Source: Perna viridis
Lineage: Eukaryota
Direction of reading: 5' to 3'
Assembly: GCA_037379345.1 (NCBI GenBank)
Contig: CM074515.1
Coordinates: 13,578,001-13,642,000 of the forward strand
DNA length: 64,000 nucleotides
In this document: positions 1 to 11,808 of the stretch, in pieces
Layout: each line of letters opens with the position of its first letter
How positions within the stretch are numbered: the stretch's first letter is position 1
Notes under the pieces: generated by a model
Database searches by the model: none
Seen by the model: the letters and a program-made list of their open reading frames with translations, nothing else
What the model was told of the DNA's origin: nothing
Program-made: the position numbers and the translations under genes

Positions 1-360
1 ACTTTACACTACGTTATCACATGATAAATTGAAATTCCGTTTGAAAGGACTTATTTGTAAATCTTTTGCTCTTTCAAAAAATTATGTCGCTGTTAGTTAC
101 AAATCAACATATTTTTCTCTAAAACATCGCATATGGGGAAAGTGTGTTACACAGAAAAGCAAAGCAGGTTTGCGATATGCTTGATTTCCTCATTCATAAT
201 ATATTTGTTGTATTTGAAGGAGCTATTTTTCAACAAGTTTGCATTCCAAGGGCACTTACTATGCTCCTCTCTTAGCCGATTTGTTTTTTATATTTATACG
301 AGACCGAATTTCTTCATAATCTCGTAAAGAATTAAAATTTCAAAAATGCTAAATCATTTA

Positions 361-606
361 ACTTTACATACAGGTATATTCAGGATGTATTGTCTATCAA
401 CAAACCTTCTTTTGGTAAATGGTTACCGTCAATATAACCACCAGAGTTCAAGATAAAAGAGACTACAGAAAAAAGCTTCTCCTGCATTTTTTTTTTATTT
501 TTTGGACTTGCATCTCGAATTTGACAACAGTGGTTGTCTCAGCACTACGATTTATAATAAAAGAGGTGACTTTGATTTTAATATCATAAATTGTCCTTTC
601 CTGTGC
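361..606 (+). mobile_element. Decayed Penelope-like RT fragment (different subfamily from the copies downstream)
   Basis: Frameshifted remnants read TYRYIQDVLSIN...LDLHLEFDNSGCLSTTIYNKRGDFDFNIINCPFLC, matching the RT segment at 24523-24770. Confidence 0.7.
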
Positions 607-1812
607 AGGAGAAGTACATACAAATATTATCAATAAATATTTCCACTTAGCTGAAAGACCGAGTTTTAATTCCGGAGGACCGATACGTTTCGAATATTGT
701 TTAAACCAATTCTGATATTGGTATATGTTAGAATTTCTTTAGATTTTTCCTATGCAGCTGTGTGAGTTTTGGTTGCGAATATTTGACTGTATAATCTACT
801 ATGTAACGGCCTATTAAACACATAGTGTCAAATGTATTAGTTTTAAAATACAAAATTAACTGATACATTCCTCTTACTTGATACTTAAACTTGTTGTCCA
901 ACGCTTCGATTTTTGGCCCGAAAAGTCGAATTTTTAAATCAAATCTTTTTGTCAAGGTCTTGCTTGAAATCACGGCTTTTGTTAGAAAGATTAAAATGCT
1001 ATTCTTATATTGCCTGTGTATCACAATTAGGGCAAAGGGGTTATTCAGTAATGTTCCGAACTATCTAGAAAATGAAGATAGGTAAGCAAATTTCAATTCT
1101 GATCTCCTATAACAAGACATTACGATGACTAAGTGAAACTGTGAAAAAAGTACATCGAATGTAATTTTCAAAAATAGTGTCCGTTGGCTGAAAGTTTATT
1201 GTTAGTCAGTAAATCAGATTTGTCACATGGAGACAGCTGAGTTTCATTTTCTATTTGTTGTATTTTTTTTAAATTGTATAAAGACGGTTATACATAGCAA
1301 AATACATATATTTTGCATTAAAATGCCCAATGCTAATATGTTAGGAATTTTCGAATATTATTAAAATTATTATTATCACCTTATTAACGCTACATGGTGG
1401 GAGGTCTGTTTCAATCTCCTTAAAATATTACGCATCAAAAATGAACATTTTGAAGTAACAATATGCTTTGGCAAACAACAACAAATTGAAAGTAAGGCGT
1501 CAGCAGACAATCTTGAAAATCAGTATGTTAACGCTTTTTCGTAACGAAGTTGTTAAATGCTCATCGGTATCAATAATGTTCACAATGTTTGAAGGAACAT
1601 ACGAGAAGTCAACCACGGACAAAACAATGCTGAAACAATCAAAGGACAATAGACGAAGAGCAAGTTTCACAACAGAAAGAAATAAAAAGTAATACTTTGT
1701 CTGTATGATAGGACATAGTCATCAGCGAATTAGTGCCGATAGTAATAAACACGCTTATTCTATTGGTAAATTTACTTTACAGTGTTAACGGTTTTTATTG
1801 GGTGATATTATA

Positions 1813-1960
1813 TGAATAACATATAGCCGAGAGGGTGATAGAGCAGTTGGTTACCCCGAGAAAATCGTTGTCACCCCGAAGCGTAGCTAAGAGTAACAAT
1901 GTTTTTTTCAAGTGCCACCAAAGTCTCCATCAGCCCTTAAGCAATGTGTTATCTATTTTA
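1813..1960. repeat. Imperfect inverted repeat, probably part of a non-autonomous DNA element running to ~2545
   Basis: ATAACATATAGCCGAGAGGGTGATAGAG pairs imperfectly with CTCCATCAGCCCTTAAGCAATGTGTTAT around a central CCGAAGCGTAGCTAAG. A related hairpin (GAGAGGGTAACAG...CTATCACCCTCT) lies at 2366-2398. Confidence 0.4.
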
Positions 1961-1991
1961 TTGCAATGAATGTACCATTGTTTTATTCTCT

Positions 1992-1994
<3 letters not shown>

Positions 1995-2027
<33 letters not shown>
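1995..2027. repeat. (TA)n microsatellite
   Basis: Seen directly. Confidence 0.95.
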
Positions 2028-2031
<4 letters not shown>

Positions 2032-2824
2032 CCGACTGTAACTGTAGGTAATTACTAGGCAGAATTAACAACAAAGAATAAAAAAAAAAAGCAAACAAAC
2101 AAAAAGACAACAAAAAATATCAAGAATGCAATGTATGGACATTTAACATCAATGACATAAAAACTCATCAGAACACTTTCTTTGTCCAGTTCCAACCTAC
2201 ATGCCGATTTAATTTGACAATACAAAAAAATGTTTGTGTACAGATTCATAGTATATTTGGCATCATAACTACAAAAAATAAACGTTTGCTGAATCGATGT
2301 TATATCAGTATGGACTGAAATCAAACTGGTACCTAATATTTACCGGAACTAGTTTAGCTGTTCACGAGAGGGTAACAGAAAAAAAACTATCACCCTCTGA
2401 GACAAGTGATATAGCAGAATATCACACTTGTATTGAACCAATCAAATATCAGCAAATTGATATGAAGTATAACAAAATATATTATCTGTTATTATATTAT
2501 ATATTATCTCCGTTTTGTATACACCAATTTCAATGAAAAAAAATTAACATTATATTTTCTAGGTTATTGTTTGTGGTATGATGAGCGTGTACTTCTTGAA
2601 TATCAAAATGTAATGACTTTGGGAAATGCACGTACATTCCTGATTTTCAATCTTAAAAAAAACAAGTATAGGACATACGTTAATGACAAGCAGTAACCTA
2701 CACGAATCCTGTTAACAAACACCTAGTCTTTCTCAGTTTACCACCTTTTAATTAACATACGATGGAAACTGTATGTTTGGCAATGCAAGCACTCCTTTTA
2801 TATTGACACATTTAATTATACCAG

Positions 2825-2917
2825 GTGCAGTCAAAGGTTGGTTATGACGTGAGGTTTGAAGTCAAGTTGGTCATACCTCCAGTGTTTTCCTTTATACTGA
2901 AGGATCAAGACCAATGA
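2825..2917 (+). other. Probable 5' UTR exon of the neuropeptide-like gene
   Basis: CCAG acceptor and perfect GTAAGT donor at 2918. Stops occur in all three frames, so it is non-coding. A further candidate UTR exon lies at 2563-2609. Confidence 0.45.
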
Positions 2918-3163
2918 GTAAGTAAGATTTTTTAAAAGTTTTATTTTATGTGGTTTTAATTTAAATAGTTTTAATGAGGTAGCAATTACTTTTTATGATG
3001 TCTATATGTTCAAAACATAACCACTGCATTTTAGTATTTTTGCAGTAATGCCTTTTGTGTATACTGTTGCGGATACCAATTTAATATAATACAATACAGT
3101 GTGTTGAAAATAATTGATTTTGCGGATAGGCGACTATACAAATAAATATTCTTTTTCGTAGGA

Positions 3164-3207
3164 ATGATGAATCGAGAATTCGTGATTTGCATTGTTTTTA
3201 TGACATG
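3164..3207 (+). CDS. Putative neuropeptide/prohormone precursor, coding exon 1 (signal peptide MMNREFVICIVFMT-)
   Basis: TTTTTCGTAG acceptor ending 3161, ATG at 3164, perfect GTAAGT donor at 3208 (phase 2). Splices in frame to 3813 to give MMNREFVICIVFMTCFCYG, a typical signal peptide. Confidence 0.65.
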
Positions 3208-3812
3208 GTAAGTAATTCCATAATTAATCTATTTTTGTATAATTTTTATTTCACCTTCAACTGATTTGTTAGTAACACAATATATGAAATAGGACCTTTT
3301 ACCAGAATGTGATGATTATGTTTATGGAAGGACGAAGTCCGTATATTGGTAATTAATGCGATCTTAACATTTGACCTTAGAAGCACCGATAGTCTGATTT
3401 CAGTCTGACAGGAAGTTAACTTATGATATCAAAATACCAAAGGTAAAACAAGGCAAGGATCGTTTTTAGATTTTCTTTTATCTATGACAACAATAAGTGG
3501 TTATAGCCAGCATACATTATGAAGAAAAATAGAAAAATTAATTATACAGCTAGTAGTTGTGAAAATGTTAAAGACATTAGGCCTATTTTTAAAAATATCT
3601 TCACCGTCGTCCTCTAACAGGTTAAACCTGCTTCACACTACTCCTCTAACAGGTTAAACCTGCCTCACACTACTCATGTACTATCCAATAGCTTCTCTGT
3701 TATAACTTTACCTTTAATGTGAAATGTTTAAATCTGCATATTAAAATGTTAATTACTTCAAATGTTAAAGATATTCTTTAATCTTAGTACTATTCATAAC
3801 TTTATTATTTAG

Positions 3813-4094
3813 TTTTTGCTATGGATATGGATGGGTAAAAGATGTAGATGCGGTAAAAAGATCTTTTCCATTTGAAGTCAATAAAGGGACATCTCAATCT
3901 AATATATACCAGCTCCTTCTGTGGTCGTTGGATAGATTAAAAAAGTATACAGAAGAAGGAATTAACAAAACAACAGAAAAAGATGAAAAACTTACACCGA
4001 AGGAATATTCTTCACATGACTTTCAACAATTACGTCGAATGCGCATGAACAAAAAAAAACATTGGACCCTTTAGCTGATGGCATAATTGGCTAA
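3813..4094 (+). CDS. Putative neuropeptide precursor, coding exon 2 (stop at 4074 as assembled; 4094 if the A9 run is A10)
   Basis: TTATTTAG acceptor. Open frame FCYGYGWVKDVDAVKRSFPFEVNKG...LWSLDRLKKYTEE...QQLRRMRMNKKK. The -1 frame after A9 (4051-4059) reads TLDPLADGIIG-stop. AATAAA at 4175-4180. Confidence 0.6.
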
Positions 4095-4793
4095 GCAAGG
4101 GGAAAATTGTCTATAGTTCAAATACAAAAGAAAAATGGTGGCTAAACCAACCTCACGTATTATAAGAATGGATGAATAAAACATACATAAATTGTTTTTT
4201 GTTTCTGTGTTTTGTTTTTGTTTTTGTTTTGCTTTTGTTGTTTTGTTTTTGTTTTTTTTGGTTATTTTAACATTTAGGTATACGTCCAGTTACTTAAACG
4301 TCCACAGAATACCATTCATAATGGAAATGAAAATCAACCTTCGCGGGGTTTTTGTCTGTGTGTATCTCTTTCTAAGTTAATTTTCAAATGAATGAAATAA
4401 AACTTATGTGTATTCTTTTATTAAAATAACCGCGGTGCTTGCAACCTTGTTTTCTAAGTAACCGTAGGCAGACCTTCAGTTTCAACTGCTTTTTAAAGTA
4501 CAAATACTGCAAGAACAGTGTACTACATTTCGTTCCTAGTTGACCGGGTGTTACTAGTCAACTCATCAGAATATAAAAAAAAACATTAAGAAATATTGGG
4601 AATGAAAAAAAAACAGTCATGATATATTTACAAGATGTAACCAACATACGAGTATTCTGGTAAAATAAGCTTTTAAAATTGCGCATTACAAAATGTTCTC
4701 GATGACTCTTTGTCAATGCATACAAAACGAGTGCTGTTTTAATACCAATATGATATGGTTGTTGTTTGAAACTCCTGTAAAGTGAGAATGCTG

Positions 4794-5062
4794 TTACTGA
4801 CAATCCCTTTGATAGTATGAATACTGAAAGTAGTACTTGTCGTAAAGCCATTTTTCTGGGGTAAAGTCAAGTTTAGTACGATTCATAAGATAGCAGTCAT
4901 GGTTATCGGCTCCATACTGAAAGCTTCTACACGTCATCGTGGTTGCCGAGGTACAATTCTGTTTGCAATCATCCAGTGTTACTTCGGTAAAATCTGGACC
5001 AGCGTTAGCTGATAAAAAGTGCAGGAATGTTCTAATGTAATCAGTGCCATATTGTGTACATG
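4794..5062 (-). CDS. Secreted PAN-EB-PAN protein, exon 3 (PAN/apple domain, terminal)
   Basis: Minus-strand TTTTTTACAG acceptor, phase 1. VTLDDCKQNC...TCRSFQY...DCYL...YYQRDC is a typical PAN pattern. Minus-strand AATAAA at 4417-4422. Confidence 0.85.
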
Positions 5063-6141
5063 CTGTAAAAAAGATAGAAAAAACGCCATGTTTAAAATCA
5101 CATGCATTAAACAAGGGAGTGAGTTATATACCATGATTTGACATTAATTTACAATATGCATCGCTTTTTTTTAATAATTTGAACGCCATTTCTATAATCT
5201 TGTTGACGGATATTTCTTTATTTCTCGTATATGACAACATAATCAAAAATATCCCAAAAAACATTGAACGTTATCCTCTTCAAGTTTGAATAAAGATAGT
5301 GTCACGCACAATCTTACTAGTCGCTCTATCAGATTCTTTGCTTTAAAAAGTAAAAAAAAAAACATAAATGTACATTAAAATTATTACAAAAATCGTAGTT
5401 AGATAACATATAAACAGAATAATAGTCACTTTCGATTTTAATACTGACGATATCATGTAGAACATATCAAGTCGAGCTCACGCACTCATCGAGTTATTTC
5501 ACATAAAATTAATAATATCAAAATCAAAATGTATACAATATGTTATAACGTTGTAATGTTACAGCAACAGGGTCTTTTTAACATAAGTAGTTCATAAGAA
5601 ATGTGTCAAATTATGGTCATATAGATAATCTGTAGTTTACTGTCATAGACTATGTATTCTTATATTTAAGCAAGTGTGAATGTAAAATACGGTTCCAACA
5701 ATTTTCTGTGGCGATTTCGCTATTTTGAGATCAAAGCAATTTTATATATATATATATACCAATGCACTCCCATTTATTTACTTTGTCATACAAAATTTTA
5801 GTCCATACAACTCAAGAAACTAGAAATTCATTTTTTTACAAATTATAAACTATGTAAATTTAATTATGAATGTAGTCTGAATCATTAAATATGCAGTTTA
5901 TTTCGGGTGTGGACAACATTTCTTTTCCAGAAAGATGCCAAATTGTGTTTTTGTTCTTATAATGCAAGAACTATCAGAAATTATTACGTTTTCACAGTGT
6001 TAATGACTCAAGTCTTACAATTCACTAAAATACTTTTAGCATTTGATGATTTAGTTTCAATTGTATTTAACGGTGTTAAGAGCCCTAAACGCTTCCTCTT
6101 TAATAGAAAAGTTTCCGTTGAATTCACAGATTAAGTCAAAT

Positions 6142-6449
6142 AGTAATCAAGGGAACCAAGGTTATAGCGGTAATCAAAATAATGTAATCAAGGGACAAAG
6201 ACCAGACATGGAAAACAAACTTTCACAACAAAGAACATAAAGTAACTTAAATCATACATACAAAGTAACAAAAGCAACTGAGCAATTCGGACGCCACTAA
6301 AACTGTAAAAACTGGGAGCATGGACCAGGTGCACCGGTAAGGTAAGCGTCCTCTGCTTTTCTAGAAACACCTGCTAAGTTGCTAAAAAGGTAAAGTCCGG
6401 GGTAGACAAAAGAGGAAAGGAAAACTATGACATGTTGAACAAATCAGTA
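6142..6449 (-). mobile_element. Penelope-like (Naiad-like) 3'/pseudo-LTR fragment
   Basis: Reverse complement of the sequence at 7095-7395 and 8230-8525. Confidence 0.85.
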
Positions 6450-6924
6450 AAAAGTGGTTTACGTTACAACTGAACATATGAAGGAGTAACCACCTGTTTT
6501 TATATTACATCCTGTGCAATTTAGTACAGGTCTGTCAAGTTATCAATAGCAGTATCAATATTAAGAATCAATGTCCTGGAACATGGAACAATATAAAAAA
6601 AATTATAGTGACATTTATAGATATTTCATGTTCAATTTAAGATTTTTTGAAAATAAAACTACGCCAATTGCTTCTTACTGGATAGGAATCAATAATCAAA
6701 TTAAAACAAAAAAACATAGAAGAAGCCTGTAAAAAGTAGAAATCTACAGTAATAAAATTTGACATGGATTGATTGTTTGGGGTTCACTGACTGATGATCT
6801 TTTTTCCAGGATAAGTAAATATTCGATTTAATACTTATTCTTGCATATTGGAATTTTGTACAAAAAATATAAAAATCACGCTCACAATATGAACAAAAAC
6901 TATCCGCGAAATAGTAAAAATACT

Positions 6925-7596
6925 CGTCTACCCCGGCTCGACTTTCTATGAGCAACTCTTGAGGTCTATAAAAGCAGAAGACGCTGGAACAGGGTTATGT
7001 TGCTACAAGATTGAATTCATCACAACAGACGTTTTGTAGTCGTCATCATGAACTCGTGGATCGTTATGGTGTATTCATCTGCACGATGGAAACTGGTTTA
7101 TTCAACAGATCATAGTTTTCCTTTCCTGGTTTGTCTACCCCGGACTTCACCTTTTTATGAGCAACTCGGCGGGTGTTTCTAGAAAAGCAAAGGACGATTA
7201 CCCTACCGGTGCACCCGGTCCATGCTCCAAGTTTTTTATTGGAGTCAGTGTTTCTCATTTGCTTTTGTTACTTTGTATGTATTATTTTAGTTACTTTATG
7301 TTCTTTGTTGTGTATGTCTGCTGTCCATGTCTGGTCTTTGTCCCTGGATTGTATTCTTTTGGTTACCACTATAACCTTGGTTCCCTTGATTACTCTCTCT
7401 TACCCTACAGGTTCATATGGTCTGTGCTCCCGGTTTTAAGTCGAGTCCGAGTTGCTCATTTACTTTTGTTACTTTGTACTATTAGTTTGATTGTTTTATG
7501 TTCTTCGTTGTGTGTGTTTGTTTTCATTGTCTGGTCTTTGTTCCTGGATTACATTCTTTTGATTTCCGCTAGAGTTTTGGTTCCCTTGATAACTCA
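6925..7596 (+). mobile_element. Penelope-like RT C-terminus plus pLTR, partial tandem
   Basis: EQGYVATRL...RHHELVDRYGVFICTMET-stop, then the conserved 3' region. A second partial unit lies at ~7400-7596. Confidence 0.85.
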
Positions 7597-7964
7597 GATA
7601 TGCACGGTTTTGTGTTAAACTACTACTGATAAAAACTACTTTCTCCTCCACAATTATTTTGAACGAAGTGCTAACCAGCAGAGAAAGATATCCAATTATT
7701 TATTCTTTATCATCACTGAATATATATTTTTCATTTATTTCGAACCGATAAAGCTACAACTGCTATTGAAATGTCTGTAAATAAGCTCTATCAACTGCGA
7801 TAAGGAATTATAAAGATATACTATAAAAGCTTAATACTTTGTTTAACATCTTGACTTTTTCCGGAAAGTTAGGCTAAGAGACAATAAATACTACAGAAAA
7901 ATGGTTCTTATCGTGAATATTACAAGTGCCCCATTATTTTCACTGTATATATGGTAAGATGGTT

Positions 7965-8525
7965 ATCGATAGCCTTCTGGAACAGGGTTGTGTTGCTACA
8001 AGATTGAAGTCATTACTACAGAAGTTTTATGGTCGTCATCATGAACTCGTGGATCATTATGGTGTATCCATCTGCACGATGGAAACTGATTTATTCAACA
8101 GATCATAGTTTTCCTTTCCTGGTTTGTCTACCCCGGACTTCACCTTTTTATGAGCAACTCGGCGGGTGTTTCTAGAAAAGCAAAGGACGATTACCCTATG
8201 GTGTATCCATCTGCACCACGAAAAGTGATTTATTCAACAGGTCACAGTTTTTCTTTCCTCGTTTGTCTACCCCGAACTTGACTTTTTACGAGCAACTCGG
8301 TGGGTGTTTCTAGAAAAGCAGAAGACGCTTACCTTACCGGTGCACCTGGTCCATGCTCCCAGTTTTTAGCGGAATCCGAGTTTCTCATTTGCTTTTGTTA
8401 CTTTGTATGTATGATTTTAGTTACTTTATGTTCTTTGTTGTGTATGTCTGTTGTCCATGTCTGGTCTTTGTCCCTGGATTGAATTCTTTTGATTACCACT
8501 ATAACCTTGCTTCCCTTGATTACTT
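7965..8525 (+). mobile_element. Penelope-like RT C-terminus plus pLTR, partial tandem
   Basis: LLEQGCVATRLKSLLQKFYGRHHELVDHYGVSICTMETDLFNRS-stop. The unit restarts at ~8197. Confidence 0.85.
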
Positions 8526-8626
8526 TTTCGAATAATATTGCCTAATTTGTATTATTTCGCTAATTTTGTTATAACCCATCATATATATCAAGTAAAAAAC
8601 AACATACGGCAAAATATCCTAAATTA

Positions 8627-8761
8627 CAGACGTCAATTTCACAAGAAGTCGTAAGTGTGAAATTGATCGTAAATTATGACGTCACAATGCTATTTAAGGA
8701 TGTGACGTCATTACTTACGATCAACTTTACACTTACGACTTTTTTGTGAAATCGACGTCTG
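8627..8761. mobile_element. Palindromic MITE (Harbinger-like, CWG flanks)
   Basis: ~60-bp arms ACGTCAATTTCACAAGAAGTCGTAAGTGT... / ...ACACTTACGACTTTTTTGTGAAATCGACGT, flanked by CAG and CTG. Same family as 16309-16420. Confidence 0.75.
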
Positions 8762-8791
8762 ATACTTAATATCACTTATAACTATACTAAC

Positions 8792-8962
8792 AAGGTTGAC
8801 AAGTATGTTGTGAAGGAGAGAAACTATACCCAGGCGTACACCAACACCTTTTGGCTGTACATTCAGATGACTCAGTTGTGTTTTTGCAGTCAGCTCTGCA
8901 TTCTGAATTCGTCACAGTACAATCCAAATTACTATTACATAAAGCTCCGATGTATCCATCAG
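8792..8962 (-). CDS. Secreted PAN-EB-PAN protein, exon 2 (EB-module/EGF-like Cys-rich domain)
   Basis: TTTCAG acceptor, GTTAGT donor, 171 nt, phase 1-1. YIGALCNSNLDCTVTNSEC...RCWCTPGYSFSPSQHTC. Confidence 0.85.
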
Positions 8963-10679
8963 CTGAAATGAAATTAAATGTGCTGCTTACAAAAGAAGAC
9001 AACGATGAACATGTAAGGACGTGAACGCTGTTGTGAAATTTTTGCTGTTTGCTGTATTCTGTTAAATTATGATATAAATACTGCTGTCGTTTTTTTTAAA
9101 TTTTTTTTCAGATCTTAGCTGCATTTGAGTATAAATACAAAATTAGTTTAAACAATTAACATCGAACATTAAAATTTTAGACCAATATCATCCTTATTTT
9201 TCAGTCATCAGTAATACCGACCCAAAGTTTAAAATTGAAATCAAATGTTGCTGTAACAATCATTACATAAGTCCTTAATACCGAGCATCGCATGCGAAGC
9301 AGACGATAGACCTTCAGCCTTTAAATTAGTTTAAAATTAAAATATGCAATTTAAAAACAAAGGAAAAATATAAAAAGAATTATTTATAGTTTCTTGATCC
9401 GGTACGTCGGATTTTTTTTTTCCTAAATATACAACGTTTACCTATCTTATCTCGCCTTTTTCCGCCATCATCCCTTTTTTCAATGATTTTGCAAACAAAG
9501 AAAAAATGTATAAGTGCGATGCTTGGTTGTATGCTGTGGCTCACTCGTATTAAAAGAAGATTTGGTTCTAAATCTAAGAGAAATACGAGAATTTGCAAAT
9601 CAAATTTGACAATTATTAATAAATTGTATAGTTGTTGCTTAGCAAAACGAACTCAACTCTTTCTAAAATCTTTTCGTTATGCTTTTTTTATTAAATTAGA
9701 TGTACAGTTGTGAATGCATCTTCATAAAATACCATTACACCTTTCTTGGTAAATGTTTTGGGCTCAATAGCAAGGTTTTTATATCTTAAGTCTTATAGAT
9801 GTTATTGCCTAGAATAGGATACCCTTACATTTTCATGTAAATCATCTTACCACGTCACTTCACCCATTTACGGATATGACCGTTTATTCTAGTTTATTTG
9901 TGCTGTTATTTTTTAAGGCTAGAACTCATAATTTAGTTTTAAAAAATATTTTATCAACTACTAAAGTATTTATCAACTGTGTATTTTTCAACTTGTCATT
10001 AATCTTTCAAGTGATAAAAATAAATTATCTAAATAATTTTTTGTTCATCTTGAAATTAATTTTAAGGAATTAATAAAATGCTAATCATTTCATTATATTT
10101 TAATGAATCATTTAAATGATAATCATTTCATTAATTTAATGAATCATTATTTACCCATTGGACCTGAATTAAACTAAAACAATTATTATATATGATGACT
10201 CATCAGGGTTTAAATCATGTTTTTAGTAAAACTCGGGGGAGTTATCTCCTATTGACCTTGAAACAAGTTTGAATTTTTATAAGTTGTATTTAGATAAAGT
10301 AAATATATTATAAACTACATGTACTTAGCCCCCACAACATGAAATATTAAAAGATTAATACAATTCAATGAAAAAGTGTCAGTTGTAACAAAACCATTCA
10401 GAAATAACCCTTGGTACATGTTTGCCCTTGTTTTACTATAACTTGTTTTTCTCACATAAAATGTAATGATTTCCTCTGCCAAGAATTCTTTATTATCAAT
10501 ATTTGGTTTTAACAAAGTGACAGATAGTGCTAGAAACTAATGTTGTCGGAATCTTTAGTTAAACTAGCAGCGACACAACCCCTTTTATTACTAAGTAAAA
10601 AAAAAAACATTATATAAATCTTGCTAATTTCGACATTAGAACCAATTACATATTTGGAAGTATATACAAAAGATTGGCA

Positions 10680-10840
10680 GAAATCAAAGGAACCAAAAAA
10701 AGAACATAATCCATGCAGTGATAACGATTCGACAAACAAAATAGAAAAACCCAAAAAGAACACGTACATAGAAACAAATATAAAAGGCAAACACTCTAAA
10801 ATGGAGTATGGACCAGGCGCACCAGTAGAGTAAGCGTCAT
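10680..10840 (-). mobile_element. Diverged Penelope-like pLTR fragment
   Basis: GGAGTATGGACCAGGCGCACCAGTAGAGTAAGCGTC is the reverse complement of the family motif. Confidence 0.6.
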
Positions 10841-11808
10841 CAAACAGACTTATCCCATCTTAGCGCTTTCATAAATCTACTATGGGCGATATTTTATTTT
10901 TCATTTTGATGTGATCGCCTTTGTATCACAGTGTTCTTTAATGTCCTTTAATTAGCTTTTAACTCAAACGGAATATGTTAGAATCATTGAACAGTATATT
11001 GCATTTAAATGACTATCACGTTTCTACAATGTTTTTTGTTAATTCAAAACGATTATAGATCCATACAATTTTTTAATCATAGCCTCTTTATGTAGACCTA
11101 GGGACATATCAAAATTATGTAATAACATCCCTTTCCTCCTTTCATTTGTCATACAGGATTAATGAATTTGTCAAAAATAACTTAAAAATATAATGTTTTT
11201 TTTTCTGATAGAACTGTTATAAACCATGAAATTGCAAAGGCTTTTTAACATTTCTGATGTCATTATTTCAGAAAAATTGGGCAAAGTCTACATTTCTACT
11301 AATTATATCGGAACCCTAGTGTACATAACTCAAAGATGAAATATGACTCTAAAGTTCAAAGAACTTCTAGGAAATGTGGTGCAACCGGAAAACTACCATT
11401 ACGGTTATAATGACAGCCTCGCAATAGAATAAATGACTTAAGTAATTAAGTAATTTCATATATTTCAAATAATTGGTATATATGCCTGGTTACATCAAAA
11501 TCTAGGTTTTGTTGAATGATTAAATGTCAATTCACCTCTAAAGCCATCTATAGAGAAGCACGTTTCATGACGCCCTTGGTGTTTACTATATATCAAGCAA
11601 GGAAATTGATCCCATGCCGTAGAATAACTTAAGGGTTAAACATACTGAACTCAATGGTAAATGACAGCACTTCGCTAGGTAACAATCCTATTTCTTTTTA
11701 CAATCATAGCCGTTACGTATAAAACCGGTTTTTAAAATAATTTTATGTATGTTTTATTTGAATAAGCTTGTTGTGAATAAGTCAAGAGCAATTCTCGATG
11801 CAAACCAA

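Noticed and set aside
650-700. CGAAACGTATCGG on the minus strand next to a Penelope fragment (hammerhead half)
   Set aside because: No CUGAnGA on the same strand at a suitable position.
2825-2917. Exon with in-frame TGA codons (possible selenoprotein)
   Set aside because: No SECIS was found and there is no recognisable protein. It is simpler as a 5' UTR exon upstream of the signal-peptide ATG.
4501-4575. Minus-strand CTGATGA-stem-GAAA in the PAN gene 3' UTR (hammerhead or SECIS candidate)
   Set aside because: Stem II forms, but no NUH triplet adjoins a stem I partner (UGC instead). The SECIS GA/GA quartet is missing on the 3' side.
7157-7618. Hydrophobic ORFs (also 6188, 7173, 8300, 8353, 23764, 23913, 25057)
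   Set aside because: These are translations of the T-rich Penelope-like pLTR. The frame is not conserved between copies.
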